NCBI GenBank assembly: GCA_964016885.1
Contig: OZ024741.1
Coordinates: forward strand, 348,378,001-348,442,000
Length of the DNA stretch: 64,000 nt
From: Eledone cirrhosa
Taxonomy: Eukaryota
Reading direction: 5' to 3'
The position numbers were made by a program, and so were the translations under genes. This document shows, in pieces, positions 13,286 through 28,177 of this stretch. Every line of letters starts with the position of its first letter. Within the stretch, counting starts at the first letter, position 1. The notes beneath the pieces are model-generated. The model made no database searches, was not told where the DNA came from, and was given only the letters and a program-made list of their open reading frames with translations.

Positions 13286-14502
13286 CGACAGATACTGCCA
13301 ACCCTAATAATGTTTACTTTCTTAACCACAAAGGGTTTACACCAAGAAAAGCATAATGACGGTACAGGACAAACACACAGAGTATGTGTATGTGTGTTTG
13401 GGTTGGTTTTTCATGGAAACAAATTTTAACAATATAAAAAAAAATAGCTAACAATAAAATGTTAAATAAAGATGGTTCCTCGATAGGGAGACGTTCGAGT
13501 GTTACTCTAGAAAAAAGCCACAAAACCAGGAGTGTCATGGTCTCTAAGATTAGCTCCATGTCCCAGTTGTTCTCCCTTAATATACCGGCTCACACTCAGA
13601 GCGGAACCATTCACTCGGGCCATGCTCGCCTCTTTCACTCACCTTTCAACAAATTGCTTTAAAGGCAGCACTTTCATCCCCATTCTGATTTTCTTATTCA
13701 AGTGAAACCTGAAGAAGGTAATGAGGGCTTTGCCGACGAGAAAAATACTCGTCTTCAGCCATTTCAAGCACGCCCACCATACAAGCTCTCACCAAGGTAA
13801 GTAAAAACTGTCTGCCCTTCTTGAGTAATGTCAAGCGGCGGGACAATGTTCACAATGCACTCGGATGATAGCCGGACATGCCCTACACGCAACAGCAAGT
13901 GTTCAGCATAAACCTACAAGTCATCAATGCTCAGAAACCGGACAATTGCGGGCCGGACGGTTTAATCGGCCTGTCTGCATCTCGGTCAGGCCCGGCTGAC
14001 GGCGCTTCCATGCCTGTATAGTTTATTTTGAAATGGCAAAGGTCCGTGCGACGAACTGTATTATGTATAGTGTCATCAGGGCTGATTAGTATGACAATAT
14101 AATCGTCTCTTTCCAACAGCCATGTAGCCTGTTGTACTTCTTCCTCGGAGTAAGTTATTTTGTGAAAAAAAGGATATTGTAACAGTAGCGAAAGTCTTCA
14201 TACTGCAAATGGCTGTGATTTTTCCTACTTTGTCAGCTTTCTTGTTGCTGTTCTTATTGCTATTTTTGTTATTGTTGTTTTAATTTTTAAAGTTCTTTTT
14301 TATTTGCTATCGCAGTTTTCGATTTTGTAGCTGTTGTATTCGCTGGTGTGGTTTTTATTGTTAGCGCTATCTTCGTTGTTATTTTTGTTGCTGCTGTCGT
14401 CATTATTTTTAAGCCTGTTACTGTTAACAGCATTGTTATTTTCTGTTATTTTCTGTACACGAAGCTGTATTTCTTCACCATCTTCAATTCAGCTGTTGAC
14501 AG

Positions 14503-14548
<46 letters not shown>

Positions 14549-14869
14549 TCTCTCTCTCTGAGAGGTATTTTTCCGTTGTTCCTTCTCGCTAATATCGATA
14601 TCATACGTTCTGTTTGAAACTATTTGTTTAAATTAAAACTGCCCACAGCCCCTGTAGGATGTGTCATATCAAAAGAGACAGCCCCACCTTTGAGAAGTAG
14701 TTCTTCCCCTCCAGCCTCTTATCAGGATTAAAACTTGAAAAAATTGTTAGAATCAGTGAAAATAAAGAAAACAATTGAAAATATAGCGGAGCCGTTGCGA
14801 TGCGTGGTTTCCACTTCAGTGGTCAATAACAACAACAACAATAATAATAATTATAATATTTGGATTCAT

Positions 14870-15700
14870 ATATAACATCGTGTTATTTATCAGTAGTAGT
14901 AAGGAGAGCTGGCACAAAGAGTTTATTCCATCTGGTAAGGTTATTGGTGCAGTGAAGTTCAAGAGAAGCATATTCCAAACTAACACTCTTTCACTATTGC
15001 TCTGGGTTATGTATGGTTCTATTGTTTTTTTTTTTGTTGTTTGTTCTTTTCTGCTGAGAAAGATAGGTCTGCGTTATGAAAAGAATAGTAAGAACGTAAA
15101 GCTCAATCTTCTTTTCTCTATGGGTGATCTTAAGCTGTTTGGGAAAAAATATCTGATTGGCTCATTTGTCAACATAGTACACATAGTTCAATAGTTATAT
15201 AAGAACGGAATTTGGAATCAACAAGTGTGGAATATTCATAATAAAGAAGAGGAACATAATAGAAATAAATTAGTAATATATTGGGGAATGTTCAGGTCAT
15301 GAATGATATTAAGAAATTAGAATATATATATCTAAGAATACTGGAAGTTGATAAAAATCAAGTAAAGGATGATTAGAAAGAGGTGTGAGACGGAGTATTT
15401 GAGGCGATTATAAGTAGTATTAAAGTCAGCATTAAATGGAAGGAATACTAAAATATAGAGCTGGTGTGTTCGACTGGACACAAGACGAAATGCAGGATTT
15501 AGAAAGAAACAAAAGCAAGGAATATTTTTACTGTTGTACACTATACTTGAGAAATTACATTGATAGACAATATCTAACAAGGAATGTGGGCAGACGTGTT
15601 TGATTGGGTCCGAAGACTGTACGCGAAAGAAGAAAATAGTTTAGGGGAGTATGTTAAATATATTCTCGAGCCATTTTTGGTTAATGGAAAGACGAAGACT
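14870..15700 (+). pseudogene. Highly degenerate R4/Dong-like non-LTR reverse transcriptase remnant
   Basis: KRSIFQTNTLSLLL (cf. RRGIFQGDSLSPLL), KLNLLFSMGDLKLF (cf. NHLLYMDDLKLY), IRTEFGINKC, YIYLRILE, EYLRRL..LKSALNGRN and IDRQYLTRNVG occur in the expected order. Confidence 0.7.
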
Positions 15701-15899
15701 GCCTCATTAGAGCTGAGACATGTACTCTGAGAGACGAATGAATAAATCTCGCTTGGCTGCTCCGAAGCCTACAGTCTCAGCTTAGCAACAAATCCACAAT
15801 TAGATTATTGATAGATCAGAATTGGTGCATACGGCTCAATATCAAGCAAATGTGCGCGGCATTTTTCACTGCTGCCAGCAGGATATGGAGATGAGAGTG

Positions 15900-16070
15900 A
15901 ATAATGTTCTCCCACATCGTGAGCCCACCCTGACAATCAAATGAACACGTGGAGTGCTCTGAAACGCCGATTAAAAGCAGCTGAAATACAGATGTGTATA
16001 AGTGTTTGTAAAGGGCAAAATATCCTGGTTTGGATGAACTTCCTAACGGGCTTTACTTAGATATATGTTT
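15900..16070 (+). pseudogene. Short L1/Tx1-like RT N-terminal remnant
   Basis: AAEIQMCI..KGKYPGLDELPNGLY resembles the conserved K(S/A)PG.DG.P.E.Y motif; frameshifted. Confidence 0.35.
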
Positions 16071-18179
16071 AAAATATTCGAAAGGATATTATATATCATA
16101 GTGAATCTATGGTTTGATGGTAGAGGGGGTTTGAGCCATGTAGAGTAATTTGAAAATGTTGATAGGTCCACCACCTGTAATTTAAATGTATCCTTAGCCC
16201 TTTTCAATTCATCGGAGGTGCTTCAATGCAGCTCGGCACCTGCTAAGGGGTCAGAGTAAAATATCATCAATCATACATCCTTATCTGCTGTCTCTTGAGC
16301 TTCTATTGTAGAAGTCAAAGCTGTTCAATGACACCTTACACCTACCGGGATGTGAACGCGCTGTGTCGGCATATTGGTGTCGAAGTCATCGTGTTGATGT
16401 TGAACACATCGGAAATCGATATGATAGGTTCGATCTTAATGAAGTATGAAAAGTTGCCATGAGCAGAGAATAAACAAAATATGTCGGGGGATTGGAAGCT
16501 CGGCACATGGAGAAGCAATTCAGTGGGGCGTTCGACGGAGATATCAATTGGTTCTAATATATATGTGAATACGAAATAGGAGGAAATAATGAACAGGGTA
16601 CCTAGTTCCACTCAGAAACGCATCAAGAGGAAGTTATTAAATGGTGAGGCTGAGGTGGCGAATGATTACGTACACATTGTAATATATTACAGCTTAAAAG
16701 TCATAAATTGCCCTAGTTCTCGTCACACCTGATTAGAGTGTCCGTCTTTTCACATTTTGTGGAAATGATGAGTTGCCTTAAATCAGGTAGTCCATCTGTT
16801 TCCAGTAAGAGTTTCCCTTTTCGTGAAAGGCTCTGCATTGAGTGGCTATTGATTCGAGGGCATGTACAGATACTAGGGTATTTGCCAAAAATCTTTGACG
16901 GTAAACAGATTCAAGCCCTAGTTTCTGACATTTGTCTCATTTTGCTGAACTGCAGAATCATTTATCAGGTGTGTATTGCTAACTTTTACGTTCTATGTTG
17001 AATAGAGGTGAACGTTGGTGAAGATGGCATCAACGATCTTTTTTTTCTGATGTTAACTGTAAATATGCGTACGAGCACAATTAGTTTCATCGACATCTAG
17101 AGTCCTCTGAATTTATCCAGTTGTGGGGTCTTATCAACTAATCCGTGGACTATGCAGTTTGTAGTTCATGATTATTAAATATCACCTTGTTTTAATTACA
17201 CTGTGTTATCACGTTTAAAGTAAGTGCTGGAATCAATGTGCATAAAATTAGTCCGTCAACGCCACAAATCTCGACTTCATATAGTATTATTGTTTAACAT
17301 TATATTTTATGATTCCAGACGAATTGAGGTTTAATTTAAACATTACTAATATGCAAAAGCCGAGTTTAAAAGTTTGAATAATTTAGATATTAAATATTAT
17401 AACTCACAGCTGCTTTCACTTTTCAACAATTATTTAAACATTTATTTACCATATATGCTTCAGTATTCAAGAATCATTTATGATATCTACGCACTCTGTC
17501 CCAAATTAAAATCTCACTCATTATTTCAAAACGTTTATAATCTACATGCTTCATTGCAAAAATGATAGTTCATCTTTCGAAATTACCTGGGTTGCATACA
17601 TGAAACACTGAGACGAACAACTGTGTTGTAAAAATTGAATGGCTACATGCCACTGGATTTACCATGTTTCTCATCTTGATTAAATGCTCAGCTGTACATT
17701 AGATTTCTCAATATACATGTGAAACGCATAGTGAATAATGGGGTTAACAGGGTCATATCAAGCATTAAGATGATGAAAGAAAACCATTATACGGAGTAAC
17801 AAAAGGTTACGTTGTACTGTATTCGGATTTAGAATATTATTTAAACTTTAACTTTATGCAGAATATTGAACGGTGTTATTTTTCTAGTTTACCTAATTAT
17901 AATCAGTTCTTTTTTAGATTTCAGTACCTTCCAGCTCAATTGAAAATGACATGTGGTTGACAAGATACAAAAATCAAAATGTTTCATGGATTTATTCTAA
18001 TACTTTACTGCATAACAAATAAAATATTAGATCTGTATGTAACATTTTAAAGAAAGAGAATATATTGAAAATGTCAACTTATGTAAATATACATATGCGC
18101 ATACATTCAAAAACATGCACATACAACATTAATATATATACAGATATAGATATACACACACACTCACCCACGCACACAA

Positions 18180-18295
<116 letters not shown>

Positions 18296-18813
18296 ATAAT
18301 TACAATAAAAGAGAGGAAGAAACCACGTTCAATGATTATGTGCATAGTAACATTATACATTTCAGATATTGATGGCGGCCGTAATAATGGTGGATATATG
18401 CAAACACCACTTAAATATCTTAAATATTGACCAGATATTTAAACACACGTCGTGACGTATCGGCGTGATTGCTTTCAGATATCGGTGACGAACATACTTA
18501 ATAGTGCAAAGTACATTCGAATATTGTACATAGCAACGCAATTTATATCAGATATCGGTAAGTATAATAGTCATAATAGAAAATGCATTCAAATGCTAAT
18601 CACATTTAAGGGGAAATATGTTCAATCTCACAATAAAATATAGTAACACAATTTCTTTCAAATGTCAGTGGCAATAATTATTATCAGTTCAATCACGATA
18701 TTATTCGCTCAGGTCAATATAACACTTACATACAACCTCTTTTAAAATCTTGTCTCCAAATTATTATATACGTACATATATGTCAACGTATCTATTTATC
18801 TATCTGCCTATCA

Positions 18814-18921
<108 letters not shown>

Positions 18922-18950
18922 CTCTCAGTATATATATATATATGTATATC

Positions 18951-19128
18951 TAGTGTATTTTGCAATACACTGTATGCTTAATTAAAACCATTTCGAAGAC
19001 CATATGCTATTGTTAACAATAGCATAAGGTCTTCGAAATGGTTTTAATTAAGCATACAGTGTATTGCAAAATACACTATATATACATTCATATATATATA
19101 GCTATTTCAGAGCACCATTTCTAATTTT
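18951..19128 (+). repeat. Fold-back fragment of the 319-bp HHR repeat family (128-bp palindrome)
   Basis: 18951-19078 is a spacerless palindrome (centre 19014/19015, one mismatch). The right arm plus tail matches 63560-63672. Flanked by (TA)n. Confidence 0.85.
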
Positions 19129-19129
19129 C

Positions 19130-19160
<31 letters not shown>

Positions 19161-19523
19161 TCAATCAAAGCTGAGATTCGTTACTCTCTTCTCAGAGTCT
19201 CTTGTTACTAATCCTGAGGCGAAATGCGTATGTGCAATTATATATATATATATTCATTTATATATTTATATATAAACCACTTGCTTCTATCCAAATGCCG
19301 AACGTGTTTTCTTTCATATAAACCGCGGGACAACAACATCTTATATTCTGATAGAATTCGCTTTCTCTTTATCTTTCTTTCTCTCCCTCTCGATTTCTCA
19401 CTATATTTCACTTTCTCTCATTTTTTCACTTCCTGCTCACTCACATCTCACATGCTATTACCTTAGATATATTAAGTAAATTGGATTAGGTAGTATTGTA
19501 TTTGAAAGTAGTTTTGCATACAA

Positions 19524-19525
19524 CT

Positions 19526-19572
<47 letters not shown>

Positions 19573-19680
19573 TGTAGTAGTAGTAGTAGTAGAAGTAGTA
19601 GTAGTTGCAGCAGCAGCAGCAGTAGCAGCAGAAGAAGAAGAAGAAGAAGTAGTATTTGTAGAAGAATTAGTAGTATTAGT
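19524..19680. repeat. Compound trinucleotide microsatellite (GTA)n-(GCA)n-(GAA)n
   Basis: Directly visible in the sequence. Confidence 0.9.
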
Positions 19681-19931
19681 TATACAATAAAAGTAATACA
19701 AGATGATCAAGTTATTTGCTAATTCTGCATTTGTAAGTCAGAAAATATATATCTAGATATACGGTGGATTATATAATAGTTTATCACTTTCTCATTTCCA
19801 TTTCTTCCCCATCATTTAATTCGTTTATCGAAACTAGAGGAAGAGTGTGTTCTGGAAATCAGAAGCTGATTGATTACTCAATTCCGACACTGTCTCAACG
19901 TAAGCTTGTTTTACTTTCATCTTGTTTTTCA

Positions 19932-19997
<66 letters not shown>

Positions 19998-20038
19998 ATC
20001 ACTCTATCTCTATCTCTCTCTCTCTCTCTATAGATATA

Positions 20039-20110
<72 letters not shown>

Positions 20111-21734
20111 ATGCATTTTTGTTTAATTTGGCAGAAACTACGCCGACTTTCTCAAGAGTGGTGGAATGATTTATTGTATCAACCAAATGCGATTATATTA
20201 CTGTATAATATACTGCTGCGGTGTTTCATGAATATTGTGAATAAAAAGCACCGCAGATTTTTACGGATATCCGTCGACTGATTAGATACTATATAGACAG
20301 ATTGACATTTGGATACAGATACAGCAGCTTAGACTACCATATATATGAACAGTTATGATTAGAATATCGATGAAAGGATTATTTTTTGTTCATTTTCATC
20401 GGTGGAGCATATATGAAAAGTAGGCAAGATTTGAATACATAAATACAAACTTTAAGATCTGGCTAAATATAATAGCTATGCGGTGAAATACAAAACAATA
20501 ATGTTTCATTCATATGAACGATGCTTAAATTTTTAAGAAATTTGTTTGCCCCACGAAGTAAGAAACAGAAGGCTACGTATTTTTTTTTTTTTTTTCGTTA
20601 TTTCTTAGCATTCCACATGCTTGAAGTTACCTTAATTCAATGTAGATAATCAACGGAAGCAATAGAGTGTCAGAATAAATGACTTCCGTTATTTGGTCAT
20701 TGTCTTTAAATACCGCCGAGATCAACATTGCTTTTCGACCTTCCTGAGATGATAAAAGTATTACTTGTCCAGTTCTGAAGTTGGTTAAATAAACTAGATC
20801 TTTCCTCAAACATTTCATGTGGTTATCCACACTCCTCACAATTATTCGTAAAAGAAGGAAGGTGCCCTTGGTATGGCATCACCCTAGATATCCATAAAAA
20901 GAATGCATTGTGATGTTTGCAACTTCAAGTCGATCACAGTTGGCATAGATCTATGCAACAACAATACACATCAGCAAGAGAAAGAAAGTTAGCGTGCTTG
21001 TTCTAACTGCTAGAAATTGTATAAAATGTCCCTTAAAATATATGCCATCTTATATAAGTTTTGAACCAGTTGGATAATAAAGTCAGAGTAAAATTAAGGC
21101 AGAATTGCGGTCGGATTTTCTTCATCATACGACTACACAACCAAGGATGAACTTGGTCTGAATAACATTATACTACACACATCAGACGTAGTTGAATGTT
21201 TATTAGGGAAACACCGTAATAGACTGATATTTACGCATACTTTACTATATACTGTATTTCATTCGGAATAAACACGTTGCTATGACACAAGTCAGTTGAC
21301 AGTTAACAAATTTAATGTATTTCGTTTCGTCGATCTGTATTGAAGCAGACAGCAAATTGATTAATCATTTGAAGCAAAATACAACACATGGATAAGATAG
21401 ACAAAATTGTCAATTTCTTAAATCATTTCCATCGCTGTTTCAAACCTCAATAGACCTAACGAAATTAACGATAATATAACAGTCGCTTCTGTATTTCATG
21501 TATATTATATAAATATTTCTTTAACTATGGCAAATATGTTTCAAAGAATTCAAAAGCGTTGGATCTGCAACATGTTAAGCACGTGGTACAATATACCTAG
21601 TAGAATTTTGTTACGGTCTCTCATGATTCCATTTGCAATCTCGCATGAGGATAAAATATTACCAGTCAAATACTGGCTGAATATAATCCCCTCAGCCTAC
21701 AGCATCCGTTGCTTGAATTCAGCATAGTTTAATG

Positions 21735-21814
<80 letters not shown>

Positions 21815-22524
21815 ATGCGTGTGTGTGTGTGTGGTTGTATGTGTGTGTCTGTGCGCGTGAAAGTGTGCGTGTTTTTGTGTGTGCGTGTGTGTGTGTGTGT
21901 GTGTGTGCATACATATGTATATATATATAATTATATTTAAAAGACGGAGTTAAAGACTGGCGTTAATCACCTGTAATGTTCTGTGCTCAAGGAATAAATT
22001 ACCGGGCTCTCACTAATACAGTATATAGGGAAGAAATCCAAAAAAGGGTTATGTTTTTATTTACAGATCCACTATAGTGAAGGATATAACGTCTACGAAA
22101 AGTGGAGAAAATACATAATAATTAAGAGATAGAAGTAACATCTAAAAAACCTACCTATATAACTATACACACCTTGACATTCCCAAATAAGAGATTGCTT
22201 CGCCAAAGTGCTGGTATCATACTTACTCAGAGCTTATCAACAAGTGTAAAGAAGGTATAGTCAACACGTATGAGGATATTTCAAACAACTGAATAAAGCA
22301 CAAGTTGATAGAACGAAAACACGCGTAACAAACAGTATATAGTGGCATGAAAACATAACCCCTTTTATATAAATATAAATATATAAGATCCCGGTAAGGG
22401 TGAAAGTAGTGATTCTTTGCTTAAATTTGAATCTGTTATTTTAATAAATATTTGCTCTCGGGTTCTTAGATTGTTTATATATATTTATCATTATCGAGCC
22501 GTATTTTAGTCTTCGCATTATTAT

Positions 22525-22645
22525 TATTGAGTTCAAATCTAGCCGAGGTTAACTTTGCCTTTCATCCTTACAGGGTCGATAAAATAAAGTACCAGTAATG
22601 TACTGGGTATTTGCTGGCCTTGTGCCAAAAGTAGAAACAATTATT
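22525..22645 (+). mobile_element. SINE fragment
   Basis: GAGTTCAAATC (B-box) followed by GCCGAGGTTAACTTTGCCTTTCATCCTTACAGGGTCGATAAAATAAAGTACCAG..GGCCTTGTGCCAAAAGTAGAAAC and an (ATT)n tail. Confidence 0.75.
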
Positions 22646-23609
22646 ACTATAATACTATATTACTGGAGTTGCGACCGATAGATAGTATTAGCAATTGGAA
22701 AGACCAATGGAAACATTGTTTCCTCGGTCCGATTTGACGAAATTCAATCGACTGTCATATATATATATACACAAATGGAAGTTCAGCATAATCGAAGCTC
22801 TGGCTGCAGCTAAGGTAACGAATGCAATCGGAATGTGCAGCTAAGCACTCAATAAAGTATTTTACCTTAGAGTAATAACATTACGTTTAGACAGCTTTGC
22901 AAATTGAAGATTGCGGCCGGTAAGCCAACCTCAGGGACCTAAGCAACGAGAAATATATATATATATATATATATATATAATGCAATAGTTATACGTGTGG
23001 CAAGCACGTGCGTCTTGTTTATAGCGTGTACATGTAACACTCTGCCACACTATATATATATATATATATATATAACATTTATACCATTTATATTACGTTG
23101 TTTACCAATTGGTGGAACTGGTAATTCCGGTTAATAAACGATGTTGCAATAAATTTAATCACTCAATTTTATCATACATCGTAAATGAGGTATCTAGTGT
23201 TTGGTGAAGGAACGGAGTGAAATATTTATTTAAAAAAAAAAAAAAAAAAAAAGACCGGAATGGAAACTTTATAATTTTAATTCTGCGAAAGGTATTCATA
23301 CGTCATCCGAATATAATGCAAGTCCTATCTGATTTCATCAGTTGTTAAATGCTGAATTAGTTATATAAGAGAACAGTATGGAAGCAATCGCAAATCGAGA
23401 ATAGAAAATAGAGGACAGATTATCATTCGGGGATGCCTGTTACAATAACACGAACTCGTCCTCTGTTTTCATTAACACCTGATGAAATCACCTGGGTCTT
23501 CCATCATAAACGGATGATAATGCTAGGCCATTGTATAATGTTTTCGCAGAATTAAAATTATAACATTTCCAGTCCGGCCTGCTGATGTTGTTCTTATATA
23601 TATATGTAC

Positions 23610-23673
<64 letters not shown>

Positions 23674-23675
23674 TC

Positions 23676-23714
<39 letters not shown>

Positions 23715-23758
23715 TATATGGCAAGTAAGTATGTTTTGAAACAGTGAGCGAGTTCGAA

Positions 23759-23958
23759 ATTAGAAAATATATAGCTTTCACCGTATTTTTGACTAAAGGA
23801 ATTTTTTAGCTTGATAACGGGGTTTAGAACCCTCAGATTAATGGAAAAAGATGAGTATTGACGTACGTCAATACTCATCTTTTTCCATTGATCTGAGGGT
23901 TCTAAACCCCGTTATCAAGCTAAAAAATTCCTTTAGTCAAAAATACGGTGAAAGCTAT

Positions 23959-23970
<12 letters not shown>
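23759..23970. repeat. 212-bp near-perfect palindrome (fold-back repeat fragment)
   Basis: Centre TATTGACGT|ACGTCAATA at 23864/23865, one mismatch, no spacer. A diverged single-arm homologue lies at ~50815-50941. Embedded in (TA)n. Confidence 0.9.
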
Positions 23971-23990
<20 letters not shown>

Positions 23991-23996
23991 GAAATA

Positions 23997-26900
23997 TATG
24001 AAATATAAGAATCCAAGAACTGTTCAAAACATTTTTATGTTTACAACTGTTTCCTCCAAACCGAGGTTTCCATTCTTCGGAGCAATTTATTAATGAGTGA
24101 ACAGTTATGTGACCTCCTTTTCACCCAAGAGACATACAGATACATATGCAAATATTGTGGGTCAACATTCATTACAGCATTTAGAGTGGCAGTACAAACT
24201 TAGAGATTACATTCATATTAAAAGATACAATCAAAAATACAGGTTAAAATACAACATGAAAATAAGCGGTTATATAGTGCAAATGTTATATGTGTGGCAA
24301 GCACGTGCGTCTTGTTTATATACCTAGACTCAAAAAATATATACACCTTTCCATAAGCCTAACGAAAAACTCATTTACGTAGATACCAAGTCTAATCACC
24401 CTAGATCAATATTAAACTCTATCTCTAAGGGGGTATCCAATAGAATCTCTAATCTATCCTATGACGCAAACATATTTAGCAAAAACTCACAATATTACAA
24501 TCAAGCATTAGCTAGATCCGGCCATAATATAGAAATTGAGTTCCTACCTAAGAAAACACATAGCTACAACATCATCTCGCACAACATGTCCATTAGGAAA
24601 CCTAATAATAGGAATAGCAACCACAAGTACACCAAAAGCGGAGGATGTCACCGGAAGTAACTATTACCACGGAAACTACCGTAGTGCCTTAGGAAGAAAC
24701 AACACACCAAACACTAAAAACAAAAATAGAAGAAGAAATAATACATTTTTCAACCCTCCTTTCAACCTAAATGTCTGCGCCAACATACCTAGGGCTTTCT
24801 TCTCACTACTAGATAAAAACGTCCCTCTAGGACACAAGTACCACAACCTTTTAAAAAAACACTATTAAAATTTCTTACTCTACGACGCCTAACTTAGCAT
24901 ACCACATAGCTAGCAGCAATAAAAGTAAAATTAATTCTTACTTCCAACAAACGAAATCACAACAGGATGTAAACCTTCTAAATACCTCTGTAGCAAGCAA
25001 CCATAGTAACGGCAGTAACAATAGAAATAACACTAGTATAAGAAATAACACCGGGGTCGACAACCCGAATGTCCAAAATCCTATAGCTACCACCCAGACT
25101 TCTGCACTGCATTATAACCAGCAGACTAACACACAGGATAATTGTAACTGTAGAGCTAATAGAACCTGCCCTTTAGATAAAAAATGCCTAACCAAGGATA
25201 TCATATACTCATGCACCGTCACAACTAGCAACTCTTCAGAAACCTATGTAGGCTCCACTTCTAACTGCTTCAAAATCAGATATAATTCGCACATCCACTC
25301 GTTCAAAAGCACAGTCTAGCCAATTCCACCTCACTATCTAGCTACATACACTATCTAAAAACTAAAAATAAACCTTACACACTCAAATGGGAAGTGATAG
25401 GTAGCGCGACTTCATACAAACCACCTAATAAATTTTGTAACCTCTGTATACTAGAGACCCACAATATTATCTTCTCTAACCGTAACCTACTTAACAAAAA
25501 TTCTGAAGTGTTTGCAACTTGCCAGCACCGCTTCAGACATTCCTTCCAAAACTTTAAGCCCAATATATAGCAATGTCGGACTTGAACCAAACACCACCTC
25601 TAACATCAAATACCAGGGGCACACCTTATACCACATACCCAACACTAACTGATCTAATATAACACAAACAGCGACATCCCTCTTGAACTCCTCGCAGGGC
25701 GAATACCCATTTATACCTCTACGTTAGGTGTGACAACATCCACCCACTTGAACTGCACTACACCGCTCTATAGGTAATTTAAGCATGAATTGATTGCCTT
25801 GTTAGTGTTGTGCGGAGGAAGTGCCTTCGTTGGACAGATGAAAAACGATTTAATCTAGTAACGCTGTTGAGCAGTATGACCGGTACGCTGAGTGCAGAGA
25901 ATGAATGTATTGCAACTGGCGTACGGGTTGTACATATATGGATGATTTGATGGTCAGAGTGGGGTCATGAGGACTGCGGATTGACCTCTGGTCGGCCCTG
26001 GTGATGATTATCTTTCGACATCCAATGTAGCAAGCGATGACCCAAAGCTTACCAGAGATCATTGTGTGTTGAAGTGATTATGCAATCACCGCGCCTGGTC
26101 CTATGAGAGGACTACAACCACAGAGATCATTAATTTAGAATCCTCGCTCGTCGTCTATAATATTAATTTGTGGCACTCTACGATGGGGGTCAATTCACCA
26201 TAATAATACGAACACCTTCAGCACAACTTAATAGACTACTCTATAGTTAAAACACTTTATGCTTTAGGAATTTTTTAGAAGTTGCGCATAACCATAGAAA
26301 TTAGGGTCTGTTTTGAGACACATTTAATAGTTAGTAATAGAAACCTCGGAGTTACCTCCCCTCATGCATTAACTCCCCTTAGCCACACACACACTTCCGG
26401 GTAGTATTTCAATGTCGATTCTCGAAACGTAACATCCTCCTGTATTAAACTAAAGAACATCAGACTACGATTCTCTAACTGGATTATCAAACGCTCAATA
26501 TCGAATTGTCGTGGATTATGTGGGGGGCATATAATCTGAAAAATACACTCCCCTGACTATGAAAATGTCGAAGTACATGAAGTCCATAACATCCCTTCGC
26601 TGTGCATTTCCAATATTTTTAATATTTTTAATATTCTTAATGCTTGCACTATTTTTAATGCTGATATCATTTCTCCACACACAGACTATAACAATCATAT
26701 AAAGAATTTGCCACCAGATCAACCAACCTAACACTCTTATTTACCTACCTAAGTGCTTCTACTACACGTAACTCGCTGCCACACTATATAAACAAGTGGC
26801 ACGTGCTTGCCACGCATATAACATTTGCACTATATAACCGCTTATTTTCATGTATTTTAACCTGTATTTTTGATTGTATCTTTTAATATGAATGTAATCT

Positions 26901-27270
26901 CTAAGTTTGTACTGCCACTCTAAATGCTGTAATGAATGTTGACCCACAATATTTGCATATGTATCTGTATGTCTTTTGGGTGAAAAGGAGGTCACATAAC
27001 TGTTCACTCATTAATAAATTGCTCCGAAGAATCGAAACCTCGGTTTGGAGGAAACAGTTGTAAGCATAAAAATGTTTTGAACAGTTCTTTGATTCTTATA
27101 TTACATATAACTGCTCTGTAAATCATCTGATGTTTTTACATTGAGCTACTTAACTTACTGGTAATAAGGTAGTAATATATTACTGCCTACCACTATTTAG
27201 GGTTTGTATAAAAAAATATATATAACTGCAAAAGGTTTTTGTATTTACATAAGCATAAATAGTATAATTA
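23997..27270 (+). mobile_element. 5'-truncated Penelope-like element with inverted 3'-region copy at its 5' end
   Basis: Frameshifted RT-thumb/GIY-YIG coding at 24321-25570: PFHKPNEKLIYVDTKSNHP, FFNPPFNLNV, CNCRANRTCPLDKKC, IIYSC, YVGST, FCNLCILE, CQHR. Inverted arms at ~23997-24321 and ~26786-27101. Confidence 0.85.
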
Positions 27271-27432
27271 ATACTATATATATATATATATATATGATGG
27301 CTGCCCCCTCGTTATCGAGTATGGCCATTGCACGAGGAGAAAGAAAAAGAAAAAGGTAAAGAGAAAAAAAAGAAAAAGAAAAAGAAAAAAAAAATAAAAA
27401 AAAATAAAAAGAAAAAGAAAAAGAAAAAGAAA

Positions 27433-27463
<31 letters not shown>

Positions 27464-27718
27464 TAATAATAATAAATAAATAAATAAAAATAAAATTAAA
27501 ATTAAAAAAAGAAATATATATATACATATACATACACATATACACACACACACACACTCACAAACACATATATACACACATACATTAATAACAATAATAA
27601 TAATAATAACGACAACAATAATAATAACGACAACAACAATAATAATATACATATACATATATATATACACACACACACATAAGCATATCTACACACCCAC
27701 ACACACACACGATAGCAA

Positions 27719-28075
27719 CTAACAGCGCTGCGATCGAATGTGGCTTTTTAGCCCAGCCAATGATCTAAAATGTCTTGCACAGAGTCGGCAACCAAAACAT
27801 TCACTGGGAATAGTCGGCTGTGGTTGGAGTTCGTGTACTTTTGCATGCCGCTTGAGCCCTCCTGCTGATTTACATTCTCTACCACATCTTTGGCAAGCAT
27901 AATGAGTAGCATCTCCAACAGCAGCCTGGTAGTCAACCACTGGTCTTACTTTATGACTGCGAAGATGACTTTCGAGTCCAGCTTTGCTTAGGCAGAGTCT
28001 CGCACATACGCTGGATGTCAGCACCATAGGAGGACCCTCGCCGTCTGGAAGTGCAACAACAATGCCCTTCCTCAC
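27719..28075 (-). pseudogene. RTE C-terminal region with three C2H2-type zinc fingers
   Basis: (S)SVCARLCLSKAGLESHLRSH, CQRCGRECKSAGGLKRHAKVH and CRLCARHFRSLAGLKSHIRS, directly downstream of the RT. Confidence 0.75.
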
Positions 28076-28177
28076 ATCCCACTTTACTTTCTCGTATGCG
28101 ATTCGAGATGCCTCAAAGGCAACTTTTCCCTCATATACAGTCTTTCTCCATTTATTACGATCAGCAGCAATATTCTC

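Noticed and set aside
13708-13758. CTGAAGA plus two hairpins
   Set aside because: The GAAA core is absent and there is no helix I pairing.
19486-19710. Poly-T/S/A or poly-V/E low-complexity protein exon
   Set aside because: Compound trinucleotide microsatellite with no splice or coding context.
25790-26090. Compositionally distinct segment inside the Penelope 3' region (possible nested fragment)
   Set aside because: No motif could be assigned with confidence.
27022-27050. CCGAAGA-ATC-GAAAC..GTT motif in the pLTR of the 23997 Penelope element
   Set aside because: U4 is replaced and helix II is essentially absent in both arms; at most a relic.
27719-28075. Host C2H2 zinc-finger gene
   Set aside because: Collinear with and immediately downstream of the RTE RT, with no TGEKP linkers; interpreted as part of the retrotransposon.
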